In this document: piece after piece, positions 45,551 through 54,464 of the stretch
How the letters are laid out: each line of letters begins with the position of its first letter
Numbering within the stretch: the first letter of the stretch is position 1
Source of the DNA: an uncultured Solirubrobacterales bacterium
GTDB lineage: Bacteria > Actinomycetota > Thermoleophilia > Solirubrobacterales > Solirubrobacteraceae
Length of the DNA: 64,000 nucleotides
Direction of reading: 5' to 3'
Assembly (NCBI GenBank): GCA_963810645.1
Contig: CAWEOK010000016.1
Span: forward strand, 60,280 to 124,279
Translations under genes and position numbers: made by a program
The notes under the pieces: generated by a model
Seen by the model: the letters and a program-made list of their open reading frames with translations, nothing else
Told to the model about the DNA's origin: nothing
Databases searched by the model: none

Positions 45551-45715
45551 GGTCGGAGGCAGGTCTCCTGGCTCCCGGGCCTACCCCTCCGCGCCTTCCC
45601 GATCGCCGTACGCGGATCGGTGGCTGCGCGCCTGATCGACACGCCGCGGTGGGCATCCCCGGTCACAGTGGCGGGTCCGCGCCGGATTCTCACCGGCTTC
45701 CCTACACCACCGACC
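45551..45715 (-). promoter_or_regulatory. cobalamin (B12) riboswitch
   Basis: The minus strand reads GGTCGGTGGTGTAGGGAAGCCGGTGAGAATCCGGCGCGGACCCGCCACTGTGACCGGGG...GGGAAGGCGCGG...GAGCCAGGAGACCTGCCTCCGACC. This contains the conserved core and a perfect B12 box (AGCCAGGAGACCTGCC at 45573-45558). GGTCGG and CCGACC can close P1. It ends 39 nt before the operon's first ATG. Confidence 0.88.
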
Positions 45716-45825
45716 GTATGAACGTCGCGTATCGTACTCGACCCGGCGGTGGGTGTGCAGTGTCGGGTTGGTTTTGGGGGATGCTTCGCCGATTCCGCTC
45801 GCTACGTCAGTACACCGCGCCCCGT

Positions 45826-47085
45826 CTAGGATTGTTCGCCGGGCAGTTCCCCAGCTACATCTCCCAGTGCGACACGCTGGTCGTAGTCGAGCACAGGCCG
45901 TTCCTTCAGCAACCGGCGGGCGATATCGAGGTCGTCTGGGCGCCCGAACGTCAGCGCCGCCACGACCCGCCCGTCCTTGAGATACCAGTTCGTGAACTCG
46001 CCGTCCCGCATCGACCCGCGCACGATCTCCTCGTCCCACTCATTCGCCGGCCCGACGTATTCGAGCTCGCCCAGACCGGCCAGCACCGAGTAGAAATACG
46101 GGACCACCTCGTGCGCCACATCGCGCCCGAGCATGTTCAGCGCCGCCGTCTTGCCGTGGTTGAACGCCACATCCCAATGCTCGATCCGCAGCGACCGGCC
46201 GTGCAGCACCGACTCGTACTCGCACACATCCCCGGCGGCGAACACACCCGGCACGGAGCTCTCCAGCCGCGCCGAGCACGCGATCCCACCGCTCTCGCCG
46301 ATCGTCAACCCCGCCCGCTGGGCGAGCTGGACATCCGGCGTCACGCCCGCGCCGATCACGACCGCGTCCGTATCCAGCTCCAGCCCGCCGCGCGTCACGA
46401 CTCTGCCGACACGCCCGTCCGCGCCCTCGAACCGCTCGAGCTCATCCTCGCCGTAGACCGTCACACCCGCGCCTTCGAGCAGGCCCTGGATGTATCGCCC
46501 GACGCGCTCCCCGAACCCGCGTTCCAGCGTGGCGTGCTCCTGCATCACGATCGTGCAGCGCTTGCCGATCGCGGTCAGGGACGCGGCGACCTCGCAGCCG
46601 ATGTACGACCCGCCGATCAGCACGACCTCCTCGGCATCGGCCACCCCCGCCCGGATCGAGTCGGCGTTGCCGAGCGTACGCAGATAATAGATCCCCTCCA
46701 GATCGCACCCCTCGACGTTCAGCCGCCGCACGTTCGCCCCCGTCGCGATCAGCGCCTTCCCGAACTCGACCTCCTCTTTGCTCGACAGCTTGGCCGTACG
46801 CGCGTCGAGGTCAAGCCCGGCCACGCTCGTGCGGGTCAGCAGCTCGATGTCCTGCTCCCCCCACCACTCCTGCGGCCTGAACAGCGGCTCCTCGCGAGTC
46901 TCCTCCCCGCGCAGATACCCCTTCGAACACTCCGGCCGGTTGTACGGCGCGTCTTGCTCGCGCCCGACGAGCAGCACCTCGCCCTCGGCGCCCTCCTCGC
47001 GCAGCCAGCGCGCGCAGTTACCGCTCGCCAGTCCCCCACCGATCAGCAGATACTCGACCTTGCGCGCCGCCGTCACACCGTCCAC
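45826..47085 (-). CDS. FAD/NAD(P)-dependent oxidoreductase, ferredoxin-reductase / AIF-like (pyridine nucleotide-disulfide oxidoreductase fold)
   Basis: YLLIGGGLASG, VVLIGGSYIGCEVA and FAAGDV motifs. The likely GTG start is at 47085 or 47076; the 461-aa maximal ORF adds an implausible N-terminus. Confidence 0.85.
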   Translation of the reverse strand: MDGVTAARKVEYLLIGGGLASGNCARWLREEGAEGEVLLVGREQDAPYNRPECSKGYLRGEETREEPLFRPQEWWGEQDIELLTRTSVAGLDLDARTAKLSSKEEVEFGKALIATGANVRRLNVEGCDLEGIYYLRTLGNADSIRAGVADAEEVVLIGGSYIGCEVAASLTAIGKRCTIVMQEHATLERGFGERVGRYIQGLLEGAGVTVYGEDELERFEGADGRVGRVVTRGGLELDTDAVVIGAGVTPDVQLAQRAGLTIGESGGIACSARLESSVPGVFAAGDVCEYESVLHGRSLRIEHWDVAFNHGKTAALNMLGRDVAHEVVPYFYSVLAGLGELEYVGPANEWDEEIVRGSMRDGEFTNWYLKDGRVVAALTFGRPDDLDIARRLLKERPVLDYDQRVALGDVAGELPGEQS

Positions 47086-47130
47086 TCTATAGCCAGACAC
47101 CCGCCACCATGTATGCCCCGCCACATCTGA

Positions 47131-47151
47131 GACGGGGCAGGACGCCCCGTC
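47131..47151 (-). terminator. GC-rich hairpin (8-bp stem, 5-nt loop) downstream of the T4SS-like operon
   Basis: GACGGGGC-aggac-GCCCCGTC lies about 65 nt after the stop at 47216. It has no U-tract, as in the I-shaped terminators common in high-GC genomes. Confidence 0.3.
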
Positions 47152-47215
47152 CCAATCCCGCTCTGTCCGTGCCCTCACCTGCGAGGATGCGGCCCAACCC
47201 CTCCACCCCAATCCC

Positions 47216-48481
47216 CTACAGACCCGGCGGATGCCTCACCGACCAATCCGCCCAGGTCGGGATGTAGCTGAGGATCCGCCAGCGCGGGCCGTCTTCGTTT
47301 TTGTTCGGCCCCACGTCGGTCCCGTTGTGGCTCGTGTCCAACCGCAACCCCGCGATCACGACGAACACGTGCGGCGTCGGCTCATCGGTCGCGTAGATCG
47401 TCACCCAGCGCCCCGGCCCCGGTTCGCCCCAGCCCACGTAGTCCTGCGCGAGCGGGTTGTCCCTGACGATTTCCGTCAGCGGCCGCACGCCTGAGCGATA
47501 CAGCACGTAGTTGACCGTGCTCGAGCAGTCCTCTTCGCTCGCGCCCAGCGGATCCGGATGACCGCCCGGACCGTAGGGCAGTTCCTGCAGCTCGTTCCCC
47601 GCCACGATCATCGCCTGCACCGTCGCCGGCACCCCCGCGGGGATCAACGCGACGTGACCGTCATCGGGATCCAGTCGCGCCTGTTCGCCTGCGATGAACC
47701 GCACCGGCGTATTGGTTTCGCCGGCCAGTCGTGTGTCCGCGCCGGTGATGCCGCCTTCGACGCCTTCCCCTCCTGCGCCGCTCCCTCCCGCACCCGGCGC
47801 CGGCACGGTCGAGGATCCGCGGTACTTCGCGGCCCAGCTTTCGACCTCCGCCACGTACCACCACGCGTGGTTGTAGGCATATATCGCGGCCTTGTAGTCC
47901 TTCGGCGCGCCCGAGGCGCGCAGGTAGTTGGCGGCGCCGTAGATCGCATCGGCCGGGTTCCAGCGGTCGGGCACGCCACCGGCGGGGGCCACCCCGTACT
48001 CCGCCCAGGTCGAGGCGAGAAACTGCATCGGCCCGCCGGCCCCGGCCGAGTTGACCGCCCCCTCCCGCGTGCACGACGGATCCGGGTCGCGCCCGTGATC
48101 GCACTCGACCTTGCCGATCCCGGCGAGCACCGCCCAATCCAGACCATAGTGCTGACCCGCCGCCTGATACAGACGTAGGTATTCCGGCGGGATTTCGGCC
48201 TTCGCGAGGGCTGATGGGCCGTCCGTCTCATCAGCGCTCACGGCTGTGCCGGTGAGACTGCCAAACCCGCCCACGCCGACGAGCATCATCAACGTTATCC
48301 CCAGGAACAGCGCCGCCAGCGCGGCGGCGCCTGCCGCGAGCGCACCGATCGCCAACGGCAGGCGGGGCAGTCGAGACAGGCCGGGCAGAGGCGCCTCTGC
48401 GGCCACCGCCGCGATCCTGATCCCCGTCATGATCTCGGATCCCCTCGTCCTTCCGGATCCCGTCGCCGTATCCACCGTCAT
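47216..48481 (-). CDS. bifunctional cell-wall hydrolase: N-terminal TM, SLT-like lytic transglycosylase, NlpC/P60-like domain (CwlT/VirB1 analogue)
   Basis: GIGKVECDHG...GAGGPMQFLASTWAEYG...AIYGAANYL...YAYNH (SLT) and C-terminal EEDCSSTVNYVLYRSG...HVFVVI (Cys/His peptidase pattern). ATGA overlap with the upstream gene. Confidence 0.72.
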   Translation of the reverse strand: MTVDTATGSGRTRGSEIMTGIRIAAVAAEAPLPGLSRLPRLPLAIGALAAGAAALAALFLGITLMMLVGVGGFGSLTGTAVSADETDGPSALAKAEIPPEYLRLYQAAGQHYGLDWAVLAGIGKVECDHGRDPDPSCTREGAVNSAGAGGPMQFLASTWAEYGVAPAGGVPDRWNPADAIYGAANYLRASGAPKDYKAAIYAYNHAWWYVAEVESWAAKYRGSSTVPAPGAGGSGAGGEGVEGGITGADTRLAGETNTPVRFIAGEQARLDPDDGHVALIPAGVPATVQAMIVAGNELQELPYGPGGHPDPLGASEEDCSSTVNYVLYRSGVRPLTEIVRDNPLAQDYVGWGEPGPGRWVTIYATDEPTPHVFVVIAGLRLDTSHNGTDVGPNKNEDGPRWRILSYIPTWADWSVRHPPGL

Positions 48482-51243
48482 CGCCGCCGCTCCCAGCCCA
48501 GCTGGCGCTTGCGCCCGGCGGCGACGTCATGCACATCGCGCATCACACTCGACTCGCCACCCGGCCTGGGCGCACTCGGAACGCCGTTCGACCTACCGCC
48601 TCCTCGCCGGTCATGTTGGGGAACGTCGGGTTTCGGGCGTCTCGACGGCGGTTTGAGGGAGGAGGGCAACTCGTGGCCTTCCTCCTGCACCTCACGCTCG
48701 AGCGAGCCGTCGAACTGCTTGTTCGCTTTCTGTTGCTCGCGCCCCTTAAGTGAGCCCTCGCCGCTTGCGGCAACCTCTCTGGCGGCCACGTCCAATCCCT
48801 TGCGCACCGCCAGCTCGCTGTCGATCTCTCGCCGCACCGCCTCCTGACCCCGGTCGTCGAGCGCTTCATACCTCCGCCGTCCGTAACCCACGACCCCTGC
48901 CATCCCCGCGTAGTCGCGCTCCCCTGGGGGCAGCGCCGCCTGTTCATCGAGGAGGCGCGCGCCCTGCTTGGCCCGCGTGCGCGTGTACACGTTGCCCGTC
49001 GCGCTCTGTGCACGCGTGCCGTCCTGCACGGTCTGCCGTGCCGCGGCGAGCGAGTCCCGATCGCCTGCGATCTCTCCCCGCAGGCGACCCATGTGCCCCT
49101 GCAACTCCACGGCACGCTGTCTGTGGGCCTCCTCCTCGACGCCGAACCGGTCCGCCGCACGCTTACGCTCGGAGTATGCGTAGACCGTGGGGTCGCTCAA
49201 CGCCGATTCGCGCGCGCTCTTTGCCTCGGCCGCCTCCATCTGAGCGGTGGCGTGTTCGCCCTGCATCTGCTCCAGCTGTGCACGTTTAGCCGATATCCGT
49301 GCTTCGGTCTGCGGGGCCGCCTGTACGAGTGCGTGCGCCTCCCGGTGCTCGCTCTCCAGCATGCGTTTGACCTGTCCGTCGGCTATCCCCTGAGCCCGTT
49401 TGAGGCCCGCCTGCGCCAGTTTGCGCCGGCGCTCCACGCTCGGCGGCGGCGTGCGCAGCTTGTCTTTGACCCATTTCCCGGCGCGCACCACCTCGGGTGG
49501 TTGCTGAGCCCGTTCACGAGCCCGCCGCAGCAGCGAGCGGTGTTCGTGCTGGTGGAGCCCGCGATGACCGTTTTTCGCGAAGCCGTCCACCTGGTGACGT
49601 TTGAGATACAGCCACCACCACATCATCGAGACGAGCAGCCATTGGGCGGCCCAGCCAAACGTGTGGACCTCCAGCAGCGTCCGCTGCATCAACAGCACGA
49701 CACCCAGCAGGAACGAGTAGATCAGCTTCGCGCAGACGGCGCCCAGCAGCCGCGTCGCCCAAGCCCTGAACGCAGCCCGGCCACCGTCCCCCAGCGCGGG
49801 AGCGATCACCGCCGCGGGCGCGAACAGCAGAAAGAACAGACTGAACAGCGCGGCTGTCAGCAGGCGCAGGGCGATGAAGCCGAGCACCGACACCATCCCG
49901 AGAACGCCGACCCAGAACAGACACAGGCCGAGGACGCGCCACAGCGTCCCGTCCCCGGTCCGGAACTCCGCCTCGCTGGCCGTCGGCCCATGACATGGTT
50001 CTTCCGAGCCACCACACAGCGCGTTGAACAGCGAGCCGGATTCGTTGATCGAGTTACGCTGCGGTCCGTTGGCGGGCAGCGCCAGGAACAGTTCGCCGTT
50101 CGTACGCGCGCCATTCAGCAGTTCCACGCCCTGGCTGCCGATCTTGGCCCGTTCCTTGGTCGCGATCTGGCGCGCCGCCGCGGCCAGTTGCGGGTCCAGG
50201 TGCTTGGATTCGCACCAACCCACGTCGCCGAACTCCATGAAGCACCACGGCCCGCCGATCGCGCCTCTGAATATGCTCCGCATGCTTTCCTCAAACGTGC
50301 GACCGGAATGAGCCGGCGAGCCCGTGGCCACAGAGGCGAGCGTGCCCAGGCTGGCCTCGTTGGCCCACCCATCCAGCGCGCCGATGGTGCCCAGTGGATT
50401 GACGATCACCCACAATCCGCCCATCATCATCAACGCCATCAGCGCCACCTCGCCAAGTGTCTGGGCGACCCGCCGACGGACGATCCCGTGATACAGCGCG
50501 AACACCGCTGCGATCGCCAGCGCCAGCACGAGCCACGGCTGCGTAAACGAGGCCTGTGTTTCACGTAGCCCCCGCGCGATGCTCCCGATCTGGGAGGTTT
50601 CGAACAGGTCGATCGTGTAGCACCACTCCAACACCACGATCACCGCATGCACGACCGACACGAGCAGCGTCCAGCTCCACTGGACCGGGTTCAGGATGTA
50701 CACGTCCAAGTCGTTTGCCACATCCGTCACTCCCGTGTTGATGTGCACGTCGAACCCGTAGTTGCCCGTCGGTGCCTGCCCTGCCTCAAAGCCCGAGATC
50801 CTGCAGTCGCGCGCGGCGTGCGACGACAGTTCGCCTTCCAATCCATCGCGGCATAGGTGGCTGCCCAGCCCGTTGGCCACGAGCGGGTCGCCGCCGCTCT
50901 GCGACACCGAAGCCGAGGCTTCTTCTTCGGGGGTCGTCCCCGATCCGCCCGTGCTCAGCGGCGGCTTGCTCGGTGCCCGCGCGGGGCCTTTCGCCGGAGC
51001 GTTCTTCGACGGCGGAGCGTTGTTCGCCGGCGGTTGGGTGTGCGTCGGAGTGGGCGCCCGCGCCGGGCCTTTCGCCGGCGATCGGCTTGGCGCTCGTGCC
51101 GTGGTTCGGGCCGAGGATTGCGACGAGTAGAACACCTGTGCGGCGCTCGCCGCCTGTGTGCCCGGCGATATGCCCACCCACATGAACACAGCCATCCACG
51201 CCGGCACCAGCAGACTTACCGCTGTACCGCGCCGGCACGCCAC
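48478..51243 (-). CDS. large polytopic membrane protein, VirB6/TcpH/ConG-like by position and topology, with a 374-aa charged coiled-coil-like C-terminal tail
   Basis: Signal-like N-terminus, Pro-rich segment, about seven hydrophobic helices, then a Glu/Arg/Ala/Gln-rich tail. The candidate GTG at 51241-51243 lies 2 nt after the VirB4-like stop. The start is uncertain (an alternative ATG is at 51195). Confidence 0.55.
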   Translation of the reverse strand: MACRRGTAVSLLVPAWMAVFMWVGISPGTQAASAAQVFYSSQSSARTTARAPSRSPAKGPARAPTPTHTQPPANNAPPSKNAPAKGPARAPSKPPLSTGGSGTTPEEEASASVSQSGGDPLVANGLGSHLCRDGLEGELSSHAARDCRISGFEAGQAPTGNYGFDVHINTGVTDVANDLDVYILNPVQWSWTLLVSVVHAVIVVLEWCYTIDLFETSQIGSIARGLRETQASFTQPWLVLALAIAAVFALYHGIVRRRVAQTLGEVALMALMMMGGLWVIVNPLGTIGALDGWANEASLGTLASVATGSPAHSGRTFEESMRSIFRGAIGGPWCFMEFGDVGWCESKHLDPQLAAAARQIATKERAKIGSQGVELLNGARTNGELFLALPANGPQRNSINESGSLFNALCGGSEEPCHGPTASEAEFRTGDGTLWRVLGLCLFWVGVLGMVSVLGFIALRLLTAALFSLFFLLFAPAAVIAPALGDGGRAAFRAWATRLLGAVCAKLIYSFLLGVVLLMQRTLLEVHTFGWAAQWLLVSMMWWWLYLKRHQVDGFAKNGHRGLHQHEHRSLLRRARERAQQPPEVVRAGKWVKDKLRTPPPSVERRRKLAQAGLKRAQGIADGQVKRMLESEHREAHALVQAAPQTEARISAKRAQLEQMQGEHATAQMEAAEAKSARESALSDPTVYAYSERKRAADRFGVEEEAHRQRAVELQGHMGRLRGEIAGDRDSLAAARQTVQDGTRAQSATGNVYTRTRAKQGARLLDEQAALPPGERDYAGMAGVVGYGRRRYEALDDRGQEAVRREIDSELAVRKGLDVAAREVAASGEGSLKGREQQKANKQFDGSLEREVQEEGHELPSSLKPPSRRPKPDVPQHDRRGGGRSNGVPSAPRPGGESSVMRDVHDVAAGRKRQLGWERRR

Positions 51244-51245
51244 CG

Positions 51246-53750
51246 TCAGGCAACCCCGGGCGTAGTCGAGAACGCGCGCAGCAGCGACGGCGCCACCACG
51301 TCCACCTGAATCGCCTCCACCCGCCCGGAGTGGTCGCGAAACAGACATCTGCCCGCCTCGAACTCGAGCAGGCTCTGACGCGCGCGGCGGTCCTCGGAGT
51401 CCAGCCCCAGCAACTGCAACGCCCGCCCCGCCTCGGCCTCCGAGCGCATCCCGAACACGAACGTCGCACCGATCAGGTTCTCCAGCGACTCGCGCTCTCC
51501 GACGAGCGCGTCGGTCACGAGCTGGGTCGAGATGATCGGCACCGCCAGCTCCGAGCGGCCCATGCGCTGCAGCGAAGCCAGCAGCTGCCGGCCGACCGGG
51601 TCGCCCAGCAATCGCCAACCCTCATCGAAGCTGAACAACTTCAGCCGCCCCCGCTCTGACCCGAGCAGGTGCATCGCGAACATCGCGATCAGCCGCACGA
51701 TCTGCTCGCCCACGCGCTCGGCCTGCGAGTACTCGGCCCTGCTCGTCCCCTGCTGGGGTCCCGGCAGGTCGCGGATCGGCAGGTAAGTGACCTGGCTCTG
51801 GCCGACCGGCGGCAGTCGTACCGCGGGATCCGCGAACCCGAGCTGGGTCAGCCCCGAGCGGGCGTAGACCTCGAGCGTCTTACCCACCTGCGCGTCGGTC
51901 TCATCGCCCTGCTCCAGCGCGCGCACCACCTCCAGGCAGGTCGGCTCGCTGGAGCGCCGCAGCACCCGATCTACGGCTCCCACGACCGCGGTCTCCCAGG
52001 CCGGCTCTGCGCGCCCGGGCAGCAGGTCGCGCAGAAAGGACACAGCGGCGTCCTGGCGCAGGTGCTCGGGCGCCACCCGGAGCGGGTCGAGCACGCCGCG
52101 CAGCGCCGGGTCGGGCTTCAGCGTCACGCACTCGGTGTGCGGCGCCACCTCCTCCAGCAGATGAAACCGATGGTCGCCCTTCGGGTCGCAGTCGATGATC
52201 CGCGCGCCCTGCAGGAACCCCTCGTACTTGAGCTTCTGATCGAGCGTCGTCTTGCCCGAGCCGAGCGCGCCGACGCTGAGGATCGTTGTGTTGCGGTCGC
52301 TGTCCGAGCCCTCGCGCAGGTTGAACCTGACAGGTTGGCGCGAGCCCGTGAGCGTGTGCCCGAGATAGAACCCCCCGCGCGAGCCCGCCTCGTGCGCGGC
52401 GGTCGGCATCATCGCCGCCACCTGCTCGGGCGTCAGCGTGTCGTCATACCCCGCCACCCGCGTGCGCTGGCCAGGCAGGTGCTGCATGAACAGCGGCAGC
52501 TGATCCCCGAGCGGGCGGTGCAACCGGATCTCCCCGTACGCGCGCCGCGTCATCTCCACGCGCTCCTCGAGCTCCTCCTCGTCCTCGGCCCCGATCGCGA
52601 GCGCGAGCGTCGCGCGCAGCAACGGTGGCCGGCTGGAGGACTGCAGATACGCGAGCAGGTCGCGGGCCTCCTGGGTGCGCTGATACCCGAGATCCGTCAC
52701 CCCCTGCTCACCGTCTGACTCGGCGCGCACGATCTGATCGGCGTCCTGGATGCGCCGGCGCGCGATCCGCAGCGCCAGACCGTTGGGCAGGTAGCGCGCG
52801 TTCAGCGACAGATCGACCCCGAACGGCAGCGACTCCGGCGGCGCGAACATCAGCTCCACGCGCGCGCCCGGGAACTGCGCCCGCTCGGGCAGCGCTCCCA
52901 CGATGAGCTGCGCCTGCCAGCTCGTGCCCATCTCTGACTCGATCTTCAGCGCGCGGCCGCGATGCTCCACGTAGGAGTCCATCCAGCGCAGCACGTCGCC
53001 CTCCAGCGGTGCCAGCGTGGCCTCGCCGTTGCGCTCGAACACGAGCGCTCGCGGCTCGTGCAGCCCATCGATCTGTGGCTCGCCGAGACCTCGGCAGAAC
53101 GCCCGGCGCACGAGCCACTGCAGCTCAACCCCGCGCGCCTGGCGGACCGGCAGGTAGTCGGCCAGGCGCGCGTGCGCCTGATCGGCGCGTACCCGGGCGC
53201 GCTCCAGCTCCGCGACCTTCAGCACGCGCCGGTCGCGTACTGAGAATGCTTGCCTGACCTCCCGCAACCACTCACGCGGATGACGTTCGGCGACACGCGA
53301 GACGTACGCCGCGACATCGCGCTCGGGCTCGCGCAGGCTGACGATCAGGAACACCTCCGGCCGTGCCCTGCCGACGTTCTGGAGACGGTTGTAGTGCTCT
53401 TCCAGATAGGCGTCGTTCGCGCGCGCGTGCGTGCGCGCGCGTGTGTATATGTGCCTGTGCCTGTGCCCGTGTCGTGCATGCACTTCATCCGACCCAACCC
53501 CCGCCACGTCCACGCTCATCTCCAGCTCGCGCGCATACCGCTCAACATCCCAGCGCCGTCCCACGCGCAGGATCTGCACGTCGGCCTCGATCGCCTCCAG
53601 CGCACCGAGCAGCGCCAGGAACCGTGAGCGCTTGCCGTCCTCGGACAGCCACTCATAGGACTCGCTCTCCACGGCAAACGCAGCCCAGCCGTCATCGAGC
53701 GAGTCGGCGAACACGCAGTTGCCGTACACGAACCCGATCGGCGGCTTCAC
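51246..53750 (-). CDS. virB4: VirB4/TraC/ConE-family type IV secretion ATPase
   Basis: Walker A is SVGALGSGKTT and Walker B is KLFSFDEGWRLL (the DEAW-type motif typical of VirB4), followed by IISTQLVTD. About 830 aa. The GTG at 53748-53750 makes a GTGA overlap with the upstream gene. Confidence 0.85.
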   Translation of the reverse strand: MKPPIGFVYGNCVFADSLDDGWAAFAVESESYEWLSEDGKRSRFLALLGALEAIEADVQILRVGRRWDVERYARELEMSVDVAGVGSDEVHARHGHRHRHIYTRARTHARANDAYLEEHYNRLQNVGRARPEVFLIVSLREPERDVAAYVSRVAERHPREWLREVRQAFSVRDRRVLKVAELERARVRADQAHARLADYLPVRQARGVELQWLVRRAFCRGLGEPQIDGLHEPRALVFERNGEATLAPLEGDVLRWMDSYVEHRGRALKIESEMGTSWQAQLIVGALPERAQFPGARVELMFAPPESLPFGVDLSLNARYLPNGLALRIARRRIQDADQIVRAESDGEQGVTDLGYQRTQEARDLLAYLQSSSRPPLLRATLALAIGAEDEEELEERVEMTRRAYGEIRLHRPLGDQLPLFMQHLPGQRTRVAGYDDTLTPEQVAAMMPTAAHEAGSRGGFYLGHTLTGSRQPVRFNLREGSDSDRNTTILSVGALGSGKTTLDQKLKYEGFLQGARIIDCDPKGDHRFHLLEEVAPHTECVTLKPDPALRGVLDPLRVAPEHLRQDAAVSFLRDLLPGRAEPAWETAVVGAVDRVLRRSSEPTCLEVVRALEQGDETDAQVGKTLEVYARSGLTQLGFADPAVRLPPVGQSQVTYLPIRDLPGPQQGTSRAEYSQAERVGEQIVRLIAMFAMHLLGSERGRLKLFSFDEGWRLLGDPVGRQLLASLQRMGRSELAVPIISTQLVTDALVGERESLENLIGATFVFGMRSEAEAGRALQLLGLDSEDRRARQSLLEFEAGRCLFRDHSGRVEAIQVDVVAPSLLRAFSTTPGVA

Positions 53751-54355
53751 CGTCCTTCCCTTCCGCTGGCCGCCCCGCGCACATCCAGTCGCGCACCCGG
53801 GGCCAGCGCGATCACCTGGCCGCTGTCCAGAGCCCTCCCTCCAGGCAGCTCGCACAGGGTCAACCGGGCCCCGCCCAACAGACCACGGCCCTCGACTCGC
53901 TCGTGCGCGGCGGTGATCAGCACCGCTCCGGGACCGGTGTAGCGCAGCCTGCGTATCGCCCCGTCAGAGCCGTCGGGCAACATCAGGACCTCCTGCGGAT
54001 ACCAGCGCTCCCCGGGCGCGCCGCAGGGACGCACTCCGGAGAACGTGCGCGGACCTACGCCGTAGCGCAGCAGCGCATACGCAGCCTGGTGAAACGGCCG
54101 GCCCTCGATCCGGATCACGCTCAACACCGTCGCACCGGCGGCCGGCAGCGCGAGATCGCGCAGGTACCAGGGCAGCGCCCCGATCGCTGCTCCCACCACG
54201 GGCAGGCTCCCGGCGATCAGGGTCGCCACCAGGATCGCGAGGAAGTAGACGACGCCTCGCACCGGGATCCCGCCTGGGTTCAACCGCAGTTGATCGACGC
54301 GGTAGATGCGTCGCTCCAGATCGAACACGGCGCGATATGAGCGGATCTCGATCAC
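53747..54355 (-). CDS. TcpE/PrgI-family (VirB3-like) conjugation membrane protein
   Basis: MIEIRSYRAVFDLERRIYRVDQLRLNPGGIPVRGVVYFLAILV... matches the TcpE N-terminal pattern (xYxxxWxxERxxYxxxxxxLP), followed by two TM helices. It lies immediately upstream of VirB4. The RBS is GGGAGG. Confidence 0.7.
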   Translation of the reverse strand: MIEIRSYRAVFDLERRIYRVDQLRLNPGGIPVRGVVYFLAILVATLIAGSLPVVGAAIGALPWYLRDLALPAAGATVLSVIRIEGRPFHQAAYALLRYGVGPRTFSGVRPCGAPGERWYPQEVLMLPDGSDGAIRRLRYTGPGAVLITAAHERVEGRGLLGGARLTLCELPGGRALDSGQVIALAPGARLDVRGAASGREGR

Positions 54356-54401
54356 GATCGACCTCCCGTCTCCGAGGCTCGGATCCTCACCTGCGGCACT
54401 C

Positions 54402-54464
54402 GCATCGCTACCTCGTGTACGTGCATCGCCATCTCGCGCACCCGCATCGTTGTCCCGCGCCTAC
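54402..54464. repeat. three imperfect 21-bp tandem units, each starting GCATCG, in the intergenic spacer
   Basis: GCATCG occurs at 54402, 54423 and 54444 (exact 21-bp phasing): gcatcgctacctcgtgtacgt / gcatcgccatctcgcgcaccc / gcatcgttgtcccgcgcctac. Confidence 0.6.

Noticed and set aside
45513-45656. 5' extension of the first ECF-operon gene (ORF track start 45656)
   Set aside because: The extension would be translated through the cobalamin riboswitch aptamer. A proper signal peptide and RBS occur at the ATG at 45512.
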